Source: Candidatus Poribacteria bacterium
GTDB lineage: Bacteria; Poribacteria; WGA-4E; WGA-3G
DNA: 64,000 nucleotides
Assembly: GCA_965205015.1 (NCBI GenBank)
Contig: OZ242029.1
Span: 1,120,001-1,184,000, forward strand
Reading direction: 5' to 3'
In this document: positions 28,977 to 39,366 of the stretch, one piece after another
How the letters are laid out: every line of letters begins with the position of its first letter
How positions within the stretch are numbered: the stretch's first letter is position 1
Notes under the pieces: model-generated
Database searches by the model: none
The model's input: only the letters and a program-made list of their open reading frames with translations
What the model was told of the DNA's origin: nothing
Translations under genes and position numbers: made by a program

Positions 28977-29960
28977 GAGATATTCGATCGGTGTGCCGAT
29001 TTTGCCGATGATACCACCGCTGGCGACCATCGGATAGATGGGCTTTGCCCAGAAAACACCATCGACTGGCGCACGGATAGACTCCCGCACGTTGCCAAAT
29101 ACATCGCAGATGTCTGCTATAGGTTGATACATCGCAAGTTGTTCATATAATTCCGCTTTGTAATAGACAAATCCGCCTTCATTGCTGAGGACCGGTACAA
29201 ACCGCTTAACAACGATCTGGCGATCAGGAATCTGTGGGGTTCCGGCAATGAATTTATAATATTGTAGTACATTGCGCACGCCGCGTACCCCTTTTTCGAT
29301 GCTCACTGCATCCCATCCATGGGTGCCTCCTAATTCGGGATCAATCGTTGGAATACCGACCTCTGGTGCCGCTTGTGCGAGTTGGCCCTCCGGTCCCTTC
29401 TGATTGAGAATATGTCCTATGCCGAAAACGCGTGCGAGTTCAAGGCAGGCATCGTGAAGCGCGTGTTTCTCGTCAACGCGCACGCGGACCTCATCGATCA
29501 TTGGGTGCACCCCACCTTGGTGTAGATCGAGGCAGTAATCGGCTTGTTGGATGGCGCGGCGAAAGAGATGATAGGCTATCCGTTCGCTCGACGTTCCATC
29601 GCGCCTCCCCGGAAAACAGCGATTCATTTTGCGGTTGTCTACAGGGTTCAGTGCCTGTTTCGTGTGAAAGGCGTGGAAGTTGACGAGCGGCACAGCGATA
29701 ATTTTTCCATACAACTGCTCCGGTGTGATTGTACAGAGCAGTTTGTGAATAACGGCGATTCCGTTGAGTTCATCTCCGTCACTAATCGCTTGGATGTAGA
29801 GCGTTTTGCCGGGGTACCTCCCGTTGATGAGCACAACAGGCAGCCGGACAGACGTTCCATCGGGCATACTGCCGACCTTGATATGTCCTTCCATTCGGGT
29901 TCCGGGTTCGGCGACTAATTGCCCAACTACCAGTTGGCTATGGCGAATTTTATTCCTCAT
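28974..29960 (-). CDS. Succinylglutamate desuccinylase/aspartoacylase family (M14-like)
   Basis: DGDELNG, MNRCFPG, LDLH, PELG. Confidence 0.85.
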   Translation of the reverse strand: MRNKIRHSQLVVGQLVAEPGTRMEGHIKVGSMPDGTSVRLPVVLINGRYPGKTLYIQAISDGDELNGIAVIHKLLCTITPEQLYGKIIAVPLVNFHAFHTKQALNPVDNRKMNRCFPGRRDGTSSERIAYHLFRRAIQQADYCLDLHQGGVHPMIDEVRVRVDEKHALHDACLELARVFGIGHILNQKGPEGQLAQAAPEVGIPTIDPELGGTHGWDAVSIEKGVRGVRNVLQYYKFIAGTPQIPDRQIVVKRFVPVLSNEGGFVYYKAELYEQLAMYQPIADICDVFGNVRESIRAPVDGVFWAKPIYPMVASGGIIGKIGTPIEYL

Positions 29961-29967
29961 AACGATT

Positions 29968-29996
29968 ATTTTAACAGAATCCGCGAAATAAGTCAA
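29968..29996 (-). promoter_or_regulatory. Sigma70-type promoter 7 nt upstream of ATG (likely leaderless)
   Basis: TTGACT-17 nt-TAAAAT-7 nt-ATG. Confidence 0.55.
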
Positions 29997-30099
29997 ATCG
30001 GCGTCAGCCATCAGCAATCGACTGTCAGCAGTCAGTAAGCGTCGGGATTCGGATTATCGCTTGATTTCAAGGGGATTCTCTGGTAAACTTATATGCATC

Positions 30100-30816
30100 A
30101 TGAACACAGAAAACCAGAAAAAAATTGCCGCAGAAAAAGCGACAGAGCGCGTCCGGTCGGGTATGGTCGTCGGATTGGGGACAGGTTCTACAGTTTACTA
30201 TGCACTCTTGAAACTGGGTGCCATGGTGCGGGAAGGACTTGATATCGTTGGCATTCCCACCTCCGCTGGCACTGAAAAAATTGCGACGGCACAACAGATA
30301 CCGCTCGCGACGCTCGCTTCACATCCTATCATCGACCTAACGATTGACGGTGCTGACGAAGTTGACGCACATCTCAATCTGATTAAAGGTGGCGGCGCGG
30401 CACTCGTCAGAGAAAAAATCATCGCCAATGCCTCCAAAAAGATATTGATTGTCGTCGATGAAAGCAAGGTATCACGCGTTCTTGGCACGACCTTTCCGCT
30501 CCCTGTGGAAATTGTGCAGTTCGGGTGGGAGGCGACACAAACCGCAGTCAATCGGATTTGTGGAAAATCAACGTTACGCCTTACACCGGAGTCCCCACCC
30601 ATTACTGGGAAGGGGAAACAGGACGGTAACCAACACCCACTTATTACTGACAACGGTAACTATATCCTCGATTGCCACTTTGATGGGATTCCGGTACCTG
30701 AAGAGGCTGAACTACAACTGAACAATATCCCCGGCGTCGTGGAGAACGGGATTTTTGTCAATCGCGCCGACAAAATCATCATCGGCACGCCTTCCGGTAT
30801 CCGGTACATGGGGTGA
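30100..30816 (+). CDS. rpiA: Ribose-5-phosphate isomerase A
   Basis: GLGTGST, DGADEVD, IKGGGAAL.REK, TDNGN, GVVENGIF. Confidence 0.96.
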   Translation: MNTENQKKIAAEKATERVRSGMVVGLGTGSTVYYALLKLGAMVREGLDIVGIPTSAGTEKIATAQQIPLATLASHPIIDLTIDGADEVDAHLNLIKGGGAALVREKIIANASKKILIVVDESKVSRVLGTTFPLPVEIVQFGWEATQTAVNRICGKSTLRLTPESPPITGKGKQDGNQHPLITDNGNYILDCHFDGIPVPEEAELQLNNIPGVVENGIFVNRADKIIIGTPSGIRYMG

Positions 30817-30821
30817 CATCT

Positions 30822-31688
30822 ATGGGAAAATACCTGTTTCTATTTTTTTTGCTCGTTTTTGCATCTCCACCGGCATCAGGCTCTGCTAAAGGTCAAATAT
30901 TTACAGGAAGTGGATTGGCGAATATTCCAACCGGTGCTGTGCTGGAACACGGCGTATTCACGATAGGGACGTATGTTGCTGCCCGAATGGATGAGACCCC
31001 CGTCTCGTCTGATGTCGTTGTCGGTCATCTCACGGCTACCAGCTGTTTCTACCTGAACTTCGGATTATTCGATAGGGTTGAAGTCGGGTTCGGGCACATG
31101 TGGGACGAGTATGGATGGGACGAGTCTGGGCGTAAACTTTCCACTGAGCAGGCTGCGAGTGTGAAGGTGCAACTTTTAAAAGAGCAAGAAGTCGGGGCAG
31201 TGCCAAGTCTTGCAATTGGTATAGAATATCTCGGTGATGGGATTGTCATCACCGACGCGGTCGGCAGCGAGAGTCCGTCACCGTTTTTGGCAGTTAGTAA
31301 AACGTTCAATCTGCCGCGGATCCACCAATTCTCCGGTCATATCGGTGTTGGTGCACAACGGTTTGGGTTTGAAGAACGCCCATTCGGTTTCTTCGTTGGT
31401 TTGAGCAAGGAATTCCAACCCGCTTTTGCACGAGGCGACATCACGATGAGTTTGGAATTTGATGGTGCCGATGTGAACACCGGCATGCGATATACCACTT
31501 CAAGCGGACTGCAGATTGCCCTGGGGGCTGAGACGCTAAACAATCCCGACAAACTACGGTATCTTGCTGCAGTCTCGTGGACGAATGCACCACTGATGGA
31601 ACAGATTGATGAAACGAGACGGTTGATTAAACAAGCGACAAAACTCGCTATTGAAGCGAAGCGCGCCGTTTCAGGGGGTTCCAAATAG
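30822..31688 (+). CDS. YjbH-like outer-membrane protein
   Basis: Signal peptide, GSGLANIPTG, GLFDRVEVG, PSLAIG. Confidence 0.6.
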   Translation: MGKYLFLFFLLVFASPPASGSAKGQIFTGSGLANIPTGAVLEHGVFTIGTYVAARMDETPVSSDVVVGHLTATSCFYLNFGLFDRVEVGFGHMWDEYGWDESGRKLSTEQAASVKVQLLKEQEVGAVPSLAIGIEYLGDGIVITDAVGSESPSPFLAVSKTFNLPRIHQFSGHIGVGAQRFGFEERPFGFFVGLSKEFQPAFARGDITMSLEFDGADVNTGMRYTTSSGLQIALGAETLNNPDKLRYLAAVSWTNAPLMEQIDETRRLIKQATKLAIEAKRAVSGGSK

Positions 31689-31716
31689 CAAACAGCACCA
31701 AAAAAGATAACAAAAT

Positions 31717-32619
31717 TTATTGGGAAGTCTTCGTCTCAATAGATTCCATCACCCTTTGGAGTGAGGTCAGTAGTTCCGATAAGAAATCCTGGGGGGGTAC
31801 GAGTATAATTTCGATTCTTCGATTCTTGGCTTTCGCTTCGGGTGTGTCGGCAGTATCTATCGGCTGATAGAAAGCGTATCCCGTCGCCGCCAAGCGTTGG
31901 GCATCGACTTTCGCATGCACCTGTAAGTACTTCACGGCGGCGATTGCCCGCTCGGTTGAGAGGTTCCAGTTGCGGAGTTCGGAACCACCGATGGGTGTAT
32001 TGTCGGTATGTCCTTCAACCCGTACCGCATAGTCAGCATAATTCGTATTGAGCAGTACCTCCACAGCAATCGCGTCAAGAAGTGCCTTTCCCTCTGTGCT
32101 CAGGATCGCACTGCCTGTCTCAAACAGAATTTTCCCTTTAACGTCAAGCCTCAACCGTCCTGCGTCGTCTAATACTGCCCCGACTGTATCTTTAAATTTC
32201 TCTTGGATCGCCGCAATTGAACGTTGCGACTGGACCCGAATCCGCTGTAATTCCGATTCAATTTCGGTCAGCTTTGCGCGGAGACCCTCTTTTTCGCGTT
32301 CAAGGGCATCTTTATCCTGTTGGAGCGCGTTCCGTTCGGCGGCAATTTTCCGAGCAGCTTCGCTGGCGTTTTGCAATATTTCCTGTGTTTGGTTGAGCTC
32401 TGAACGCGTTGCTTCCAGCATGGTTTGGATTTCAGTTAACTTCTTTTCTAAATCGGTTTTAGCCGTCTCAGTTCTCCGCAATGCGGCTTCGGTAGCAGTC
32501 AATTCCGCCTGTGTCTGTTTGAGTGTGCCGGAAGTTGAAGAGAGTATTACCGCCAAAACGATAGCAGCGATAGCAACAATACAGATAGATAGGATTGCAA
32601 GAATTTTTTGTTTAGACAT
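31717..32619 (-). CDS. Membrane-anchored coiled-coil OmpA/MotB-family peptidoglycan-binding protein
   Basis: ILFETGSA, VEGHTD, NWNLSTERA, NRRIEI. Confidence 0.88.
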   Translation of the reverse strand: MSKQKILAILSICIVAIAAIVLAVILSSTSGTLKQTQAELTATEAALRRTETAKTDLEKKLTEIQTMLEATRSELNQTQEILQNASEAARKIAAERNALQQDKDALEREKEGLRAKLTEIESELQRIRVQSQRSIAAIQEKFKDTVGAVLDDAGRLRLDVKGKILFETGSAILSTEGKALLDAIAVEVLLNTNYADYAVRVEGHTDNTPIGGSELRNWNLSTERAIAAVKYLQVHAKVDAQRLAATGYAFYQPIDTADTPEAKAKNRRIEIILVPPQDFLSELLTSLQRVMESIETKTSQ

Positions 32620-32971
32620 TTAACTCTCCTTGTAAACTAAGGATCGCCTCGAAGTTGTCATTTTTCGATGTTTTGTTTTTCTTTTCTATACCACACGTTG
32701 TGCAGCGGTGCGTAAGGATATAATCGCCATGTTTTACAGTAAAGCCTATCGGTTCCATCAAGCCGCGACAGGACGCTGAGCGGTCGCCGGGATTTATATC
32801 AACATGCCGACTCCAGAGGCATTCCGGACAGTGATTGGTATAGCCATCTCCCTTGACAGCAGCCCCACACTGCGCACAGGTGAAATCTTCAATGTGGCGT
32901 TGGAATTTTTTGTTCAAGTGGAATCCTCCAGCACTTGCTTTTTCGCTACCACTGTCGTCTTTATTAGGCAT
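32612..32971 (-). CDS. RNHCP-domain zinc-binding protein
   Basis: CAQCG...TNHCPECLWSRHVD..PGDR...CRGLM...HRCTTCG. Confidence 0.85.
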   Translation of the reverse strand: MPNKDDSGSEKASAGGFHLNKKFQRHIEDFTCAQCGAAVKGDGYTNHCPECLWSRHVDINPGDRSASCRGLMEPIGFTVKHGDYILTHRCTTCGIEKKNKTSKNDNFEAILSLQGELNV

Positions 32972-35057
32972 CTATGAAGGGCTTCACGTCCCAGAGTAGG
33001 ATAGTGCCGTCAAAACCACCGCTCGCCAGCATCGTGCCATCGGGCGAAAAGGCGAGTGATTGCACATCTGTTGTATGTCCCCAGAAAGTATGGATATTCT
33101 CACCGGTAGCAACATCCCATAAACGGATTGCCATTTTTTCCATCCCTTTCTGCCACCAAGTCCCCGATGCGAGATATCTGCCACACGTCGAAAAGGCAAG
33201 CGCATACGTCCGTTGGGTGTCTTCAGATTGTGGTATTACGCGTAACGTTGTCAGTTGCTCAGCACACCACAAGCGAATTTCGTTATCCATTCCGCCGGCA
33301 ATTATCCTGCCACATGGTGAGAACGCTATCTCCATAATTACACGGGGCTCATCCAAGGGCAGTGTCGTAATTTGTTCGCCTGACTCAACATTCCACAGGC
33401 GAGTGATACCGTCGCGCGCCCCGCTCACCAATCGCTTTCCATCCGGCGAAAACGCCAACGCTTCAACATAATCTGTATGTCCCGAGAGCAGTGTTGGGCT
33501 CTCTGGGTTCTGAAAGTTCCATACATAGACCGTGCCTTCTCTACTCCCAGCTGCAACCCGATCCCCTGTGGGAGCGAACGCCTCGTGGCGCACCCAATCC
33601 GAGGGTTCCTTAGGAGCCGTAAACTCAGCAATAGGTTCGTCGGGTTTGTCGATATCCCATACCTTAGTCTTGTTGCGGAGGTTGGTACCCAGTATCTTTC
33701 CACAGGGCAAAACAGTGTAGGTATGAATATACTCATTTTTCAGTAATGTTTCCCGTGTATGCTTCTGGGCAACATCCCATAACGCAATACCTGGATAATC
33801 GCGGGTGCTTGCGAGCGTTTGGTTATCCAACCAAGCCACCTTCGGATAGGGCCACGGGAAATGCGGTTCACAAAGCGTTGGAAATGTTTGTATTTTGCCA
33901 TCCGTCCGTTTGCTGGACAGGGCATAAGCAATAACCAACTGCGGACATCTGAAAAACCATTTCGCGCCAACGCTCCCTATCAAAAGCTGAATCGTTTGCA
34001 ATTTTGCACGGGGTTCTACACTCCAAATGTCAATGGTTGCAGTAGCCTGCTCATAGTCATAGAAAAACGTAGCCGTCAATAGCTGCCCGTCCGGTGAGTA
34101 GAATAGAAGTCCCCAATCTGTTCCAGAACTGATATAAACTTTCTTTTCCGCTCCGTTTGTGATGTCCCACACGCGCAGGCTTTTATCTCTACTACTCGAT
34201 ACAAGAAATTCGCCACACGGCGAAAAGGTTATATCATCCACCCAATCCGTATGCGCTGAGAAGTGCAAGGTTCGTTCACCGGTTGTCACATCCCATACCG
34301 AAACGCAGCGGTCAACACGATCAGTATTCCCAGAGGTTTCATCAGCAGCTGCCCCCACCAGTAGGCGACTATCTGGAGAGAAGGCGAAATTCCTACCCGC
34401 AAACTTGATAATTACCTCACCTGTCTCTGGATGCCAGACGTAAGTTTGTGTGCCTTCCGTATCAGGATTCAGGACTTGACCGTCGTTTGAATAAAGTTCA
34501 GGATTGCCCGCTGTGGCGGCAAGGTATCTACCATCCGGCGAAAATTCGAGTTGGTGAATATCGTTCGATTGGAATTCATGCGCGCCTCGGTCCATCTGTG
34601 CAACGCATTCACCGCTATGGATATCCAATACCTTCACAACCCCATTCATCCCTGCAATGGCAATCCACTTGCCGTTCGATGAGCACGCAAGTCCACCAAA
34701 AGCATCTTGACCTTCTATCTGGGTAACGCACTCCCCACTCTGAACATCCAGCACTTTCGTGACATCATCCGCAGTATCAATGATAATCCATTTGCCATCA
34801 TGAGAAAAATCGATGGAGTTAACCACTCCCCTTTTCGTTTCCCACAATGAAATCGGAGACATCGACGCTACGTCATACCACCAAAGCCCCATGCCGGTTC
34901 CAACAGCGAAATAGGTGCTGTCTGGAGATACCTTAACATCTCCCTGATCCAGGTCCCCTTTTCCAAATCGAGCGATCGCCCCTTCTGGCAATGCCCACGT
35001 TGTTCCTATGGTATCTTCTGGTACTACATTGAACGGTGCTGGTTTTCGGTTTTGCAT
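32964..35057 (-). CDS. WD40 repeat protein
   Basis: Many GHT...LAFSPDG...LWD repeats. Confidence 0.93.
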   Translation of the reverse strand: MQNRKPAPFNVVPEDTIGTTWALPEGAIARFGKGDLDQGDVKVSPDSTYFAVGTGMGLWWYDVASMSPISLWETKRGVVNSIDFSHDGKWIIIDTADDVTKVLDVQSGECVTQIEGQDAFGGLACSSNGKWIAIAGMNGVVKVLDIHSGECVAQMDRGAHEFQSNDIHQLEFSPDGRYLAATAGNPELYSNDGQVLNPDTEGTQTYVWHPETGEVIIKFAGRNFAFSPDSRLLVGAAADETSGNTDRVDRCVSVWDVTTGERTLHFSAHTDWVDDITFSPCGEFLVSSSRDKSLRVWDITNGAEKKVYISSGTDWGLLFYSPDGQLLTATFFYDYEQATATIDIWSVEPRAKLQTIQLLIGSVGAKWFFRCPQLVIAYALSSKRTDGKIQTFPTLCEPHFPWPYPKVAWLDNQTLASTRDYPGIALWDVAQKHTRETLLKNEYIHTYTVLPCGKILGTNLRNKTKVWDIDKPDEPIAEFTAPKEPSDWVRHEAFAPTGDRVAAGSREGTVYVWNFQNPESPTLLSGHTDYVEALAFSPDGKRLVSGARDGITRLWNVESGEQITTLPLDEPRVIMEIAFSPCGRIIAGGMDNEIRLWCAEQLTTLRVIPQSEDTQRTYALAFSTCGRYLASGTWWQKGMEKMAIRLWDVATGENIHTFWGHTTDVQSLAFSPDGTMLASGGFDGTILLWDVKPFIDA

Positions 35058-35061
35058 TGTA

Positions 35062-36300
35062 TTACAGTTCCGCGCGGGTCATGAAGGTTGCGTAGATAGC
35101 GGAGGTTCTGACCAGATCGGGGATATGCACGCGCTCATTGATGGCATGTCCGCCCTCACCTCGCGGTCCGTAGCCAACGCCCGGTAAGCCTGTATTGACG
35201 AAATAGTGTAAGTCTGTAAACCCTGTCGTGCCTTTAAATCTCGGTCGATTGAAACGGACAATGCGCACCGCGTCAGCGAACGCCTGTGCTATCGGCGATG
35301 CGGTATCCGTCAAACACGGCTCAATCCGCAAGATGGCTCGCGCTTCTGCAACCAAATCCGGATAATATTGACACGCCCCGGAAATTGCCTCCCGCAATTC
35401 GAGCTCGGCAAATTCGAGTTCCTCGTTCGGCGTAATCCGCCGATCAATTGAGAACGTGAGGCGCGCCGGAACGGTGTTGACCTTATCACCATCGGTTCCG
35501 CGGAACGTTCCACCGATGTTTAATGTTGGATAACGGTCACTACCATCAGTGAGTTTAAATGCGCGCTCTGGCGACTTCAAATTCCGCTTAACCCGTTGTA
35601 AGGCTGTCACGAGTTCAGCAGCCTTCTCAAAGGCGTTTATCCCCTTATCCGGCTGTGCGCCGTGCGCCGCTTTGCCCTGGACTTCAACCTCTAACCAGAG
35701 GACCCCGTTATGCCCGTTGCCGATGTTCATCTCGGAACCGCCTTCGCAATTGACGACGTAGTCGGCATGAACCAACCCTTCCTCGACAATATACCCGGCG
35801 CCTAACTCTCCGCCGGTTTCTTCATCACACGTGAAAGAGCACTCAATGTTGAACTTCGGTTCGATGCCGGTCTCTTGAACAGCCTGAATTGCAAACAGAA
35901 GCGCAGCAATGGCATCCTTCATATCGTCGGATCCGCGCCCGTATAGCCACTCGCCCTCAATCTCGCCACTGAATGGATCGTCGAAACGCCATTCTCCTGC
36001 AACGGGGACCACATCGTAGTGTGCGTTGAAATGGACCGTTTTCTCTGCCCCGACATCCCAACGTGCAATGAGGTTCAGTCGCGGATGACTTTCGGCATTC
36101 GGGATAACCTGTTCAGCACGCTCAGTGGGGACATTGGCAATCCGTGTCTGCATTCCCAACGCCTGACACTTCGCCTCCAGCAGTCCAACAATTTCGGCAT
36201 AATTTTCGCCGGGTGGGTTGACAGTCGGAATCCTGACGAGTTCCTGAAGCAATGCACACAGCGCGGCTTGATTGTCCTTAATATAGGTTTGAACGGACAT
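35062..36300 (-). CDS. M20 family metallopeptidase (ArgE/DapE-like)
   Basis: HYDVVP, GRGSDDMK, DEETGG, GKAAHG, HAINE. Confidence 0.9.
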   Translation of the reverse strand: MSVQTYIKDNQAALCALLQELVRIPTVNPPGENYAEIVGLLEAKCQALGMQTRIANVPTERAEQVIPNAESHPRLNLIARWDVGAEKTVHFNAHYDVVPVAGEWRFDDPFSGEIEGEWLYGRGSDDMKDAIAALLFAIQAVQETGIEPKFNIECSFTCDEETGGELGAGYIVEEGLVHADYVVNCEGGSEMNIGNGHNGVLWLEVEVQGKAAHGAQPDKGINAFEKAAELVTALQRVKRNLKSPERAFKLTDGSDRYPTLNIGGTFRGTDGDKVNTVPARLTFSIDRRITPNEELEFAELELREAISGACQYYPDLVAEARAILRIEPCLTDTASPIAQAFADAVRIVRFNRPRFKGTTGFTDLHYFVNTGLPGVGYGPRGEGGHAINERVHIPDLVRTSAIYATFMTRAEL

Positions 36301-36321
36301 TTTAGGTCTCCTCAGTCGTTG

Positions 36322-36735
36322 TCATTTAACAACCGCCTGATCGCCCGCTGACAAATGTTCCACGGTTTCGCCTGTCTCTGTAAAGGTGCGGGTCACACTG
36401 ACAGACGCATAGGTCCATAGGATTTTCATGGGTGCATCGCTTTCATTCCAAAACCGATGCGGGATACCCGCTGGAACAAAGGTCGTGTCAAAGGCTTTCA
36501 TGGCGAAGACTTCACCATCAACCTCGCAGGCGGCTTCGCCTTCAAGAATCGTAACCGATTCATCGCAGTTGTGATAGTGGCGTGCGATTGCTGCGCCCGG
36601 GTCAAACATTGTCACGCCGTTGGTAAGTGACGTGGAATCGATCCATTTACCGGCTAACGGGACGGTTTTCACACCGGTTCCCCGGTCAATAGGGTTTTGC
36701 TTCGCAAAGTCGATGATATGTGCTTTTGTGCTCAT
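36322..36735 (-). CDS. Cupin domain protein
   Basis: HYHNCDE...LEG, VPAGIPHRFWN. Confidence 0.88.
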   Translation of the reverse strand: MSTKAHIIDFAKQNPIDRGTGVKTVPLAGKWIDSTSLTNGVTMFDPGAAIARHYHNCDESVTILEGEAACEVDGEVFAMKAFDTTFVPAGIPHRFWNESDAPMKILWTYASVSVTRTFTETGETVEHLSAGDQAVVK

Positions 36736-36842
36736 GGATAATGCGTCTCTCTTTGTTAAGATTTGCCACAGTTTAGCACGAAGGCAGAAAAATTTCAAGA
36801 GATGAAAGTAAACCCTTTAAGTGAGATGTGTAGGGTGCCAGT

Positions 36843-36888
36843 TGTCTGAATCGCGGATTATCACGGATTGCGCGGATTACGCGGATTG
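36843..36888 (+). repeat. TGTCTGAATC plus (CGCGGATTA)n repeat family
   Basis: tgtctgaatcgcggattatcacggattgcgcggattacgcggatt; relatives near 15493 and 42134. Confidence 0.65.
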
Positions 36889-36941
36889 GAAGAGATTTTG
36901 GGACTGCTCGGCGTGACTTGAAACTGCTACTTCAATGAAAT

Positions 36942-38108
36942 TTAGGAAAGGACTGCCGCAAATGCGTCAATAGCACATTGGATCTCTGCTTCGGTATGTG
37001 TTGCCATGACGGTTAGCCTTAAACGACTTGTGTCTGGCGGTACTGCTGGCGGACGGATCGCTGGCGCGAACACACCCTCGGCAAATAATGCATCCGCAAT
37101 ACCTGTTGTCCGTTGCGGACTGCCCAATACGACGGGAAGAATCTGGGTTTCACTCGGTAGTAGGGTGTACCCCAAATCAGTCAAGGCAGTTTTGAGACAT
37201 CTCGCATTCGAGAATAGACGTTGCTGCAGTTCAGGCGACGCGCGAATTACATCCAGTGCAGCAGTTGCTGCTGCCAACGTTGCCGGTGGCAGTCCTGTCG
37301 TGAAAATAAAGGCGCGCGCCTTGTTAATGAGCAACTCAATCAGTGCGCGACTCCCCGCAATATATCCACCGAGCGCGCCAACTGCTTTGCTGAGGGTGCC
37401 CATCTGAATAATATTTGTCCGTTCCAGTCCAAAATGCGCAACAGTGCCGCTTCCGTTTTTCCCTAACACGCCAAACCCGTGAGCGTCATCTACCAGCACC
37501 ATTGCCGCATATTCTGCAGCGAGGGCGCAAATATCGGGCAGGGGGGCAATATCTCCGTCCATGCTGAAAACACCGTCCGTCACGATGAGTCGTCGCCGAA
37601 ATGTGTGGGATTCTGATAGCAACGTTTTGAGGTGTTCCACATCGCAGTGATGATAGACTTTTTTGGTAGCGCGACTCAGACGGCATCCATCTATGATACT
37701 GGCGTGATTGAGGGCATCACTTAAGATGAGATCCGCTTCCCCTGCAAGCACGGGAATCACACTCGTATTGACGGCATAGCCGGAACTGAAGACAAGTGCT
37801 GCTTCGGTCCCTTTTGCCTTCGCAAGATTCGTTTCCAAAGTTGCGTAGAGTTCGCTATTTCCTGAAATGAGGCGTGAACCGCTTGCCCCCGTGCCAAAAA
37901 CTTGCGTTGCTTCAACAGCGGCACCGATAACCTTGGGGTGCGTGCTTAATCCTAAATAGTTGTTTGAACCGAGCAATACAACATCGCGCGCATCAAGATT
38001 AATTGTCCCTGTTGGAGCACTCATGACGGTACGGAGGTGGCGTCGTAAGCCCGCTTGCTCCAGTGCTTCACGTTCTGTGTCGAACCAATCGTAATTATGC
38101 ATCATCAA
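36942..38108 (-). CDS. bioF: 8-amino-7-oxononanoate synthase
   Basis: SNNYLGL, NHASIIDG, DGVFSMDGD, DDAHG, GTLSKA, IRPPAVP. Confidence 0.85.
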   Translation of the reverse strand: MMMHNYDWFDTEREALEQAGLRRHLRTVMSAPTGTINLDARDVVLLGSNNYLGLSTHPKVIGAAVEATQVFGTGASGSRLISGNSELYATLETNLAKAKGTEAALVFSSGYAVNTSVIPVLAGEADLILSDALNHASIIDGCRLSRATKKVYHHCDVEHLKTLLSESHTFRRRLIVTDGVFSMDGDIAPLPDICALAAEYAAMVLVDDAHGFGVLGKNGSGTVAHFGLERTNIIQMGTLSKAVGALGGYIAGSRALIELLINKARAFIFTTGLPPATLAAATAALDVIRASPELQQRLFSNARCLKTALTDLGYTLLPSETQILPVVLGSPQRTTGIADALFAEGVFAPAIRPPAVPPDTSRLRLTVMATHTEAEIQCAIDAFAAVLS

Positions 38109-38205
38109 AGAAGATTAAAAAGTAAGAGGGTAATTTCATAGGTGTGCAATTCATAGTTACGGCACGCGGAGCGTGCCTACTACTTTTAATCCCGCCCGTG
38201 GTAGG

Positions 38206-39120
38206 CTATCCCATGAACTGTCTCAGGAAGATATGGCTTTGGTTCAAAGCGCGCCGCCGCATCTCCAACGTCTCCTCATAAGCTCGATCCTCTACCTCGA
38301 CACAAACTGCCCCGTCATAGCCGGTATCGCTCAAGACAGAGAAGAAGCTGCCCCAATCGACATCTCCTAATCCCGGCAGTTTCGGCGTATGATACGATAA
38401 AGGTGTTGCGAGGATGCCCACCTCGTCAAGTTTCGCTCTATCTAATCGGGCATCTTTGGCATGGACATGGAAGATTCGATCGGCAAAAGTGACAAGTGGC
38501 TTCAGGTAGTCCATCTGGAGCCAGATACAATGGGAGGGATCGAAGTTGAGTCCGAAATTCGGGGCGGGAATCTCCTCAAACATCCGTTCCCAAACTTCGG
38601 GACAATAGGCGAGGTTTTGCCCAGCGGGCCATTCGTCTTCGGTGAAAAACATCGGACAATTTTCAATCCCGATGCGGATACCGCGGTCGGCGGCGAATTG
38701 GATTAAGGGTTTCCATACCTGTTTAAATCGGGACCAATTCTCATCTATCGTGCGCGTTTGATCTCTGCCGATAAATGTATTCACGATGTCCACCGACAGA
38801 CGTTCCGCCGCCAGAATCAGTTTTTTGAGATGTTCACTATAGATAGCGGCTTCCGCCTCGTCAGATGTCAGTGGATTGGGATAGTAGCCTAATCCGCTGA
38901 TGGTTATCCCTGCATCCGAGACGCATTGTAGGATTTCATCTGCTTCCTTTTCGGAAAGTCCCGCTACATCAACGTGCGTAACACCGGCGTAACGGCGTTC
39001 TGCTTTTCCCTTGGGCCAACACATCAATTCGACACAATCATAGCCGGTATTCGCCGCGAACTGGACAACCTCTGTCAATGTCTGCTCCGGTAAAATAGCA
39101 CTCACAAATCCGAGTTTCAT
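38206..39120 (-). CDS. Sugar phosphate isomerase/epimerase (xylose isomerase-like TIM barrel)
   Basis: [31 protein letters not shown]. Confidence 0.88.
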   Translation of the reverse strand: MKLGFVSAILPEQTLTEVVQFAANTGYDCVELMCWPKGKAERRYAGVTHVDVAGLSEKEADEILQCVSDAGITISGLGYYPNPLTSDEAEAAIYSEHLKKLILAAERLSVDIVNTFIGRDQTRTIDENWSRFKQVWKPLIQFAADRGIRIGIENCPMFFTEDEWPAGQNLAYCPEVWERMFEEIPAPNFGLNFDPSHCIWLQMDYLKPLVTFADRIFHVHAKDARLDRAKLDEVGILATPLSYHTPKLPGLGDVDWGSFFSVLSDTGYDGAVCVEVEDRAYEETLEMRRRALNQSHIFLRQFMG

Positions 39121-39271
39121 TATCTAACCTCTGTTCCGTTTTTAGACATTTTACTATAGAAAGGTGCAGCTTGCAAGTGTATAGCTGTAAATGGGGTGGC
39201 AAAACCTCACCAGCGAAGTGGGAAACCAGGTGAAAAATGGAACATCGAATATCTGCGTCTGAAAAAAGCAT

Positions 39272-39300
39272 TTGACGAAAACTGAGGTCGCGTGTATAAT
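39272..39300 (+). promoter_or_regulatory. Near-consensus sigma70 promoter for the PhyH pair
   Basis: TTGACG-17 nt-TATAAT. Confidence 0.7.
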
Positions 39301-39366
39301 TCACGCGCGAATGGACCGTTGGGCTTTTTAACATGCGTCAATTACAGATAGAGCAGAGAGGAACAC

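Noticed and set aside
31717-32619. Flagellar motB
   Set aside because: No motA or flagellar genes and no conserved TM aspartate
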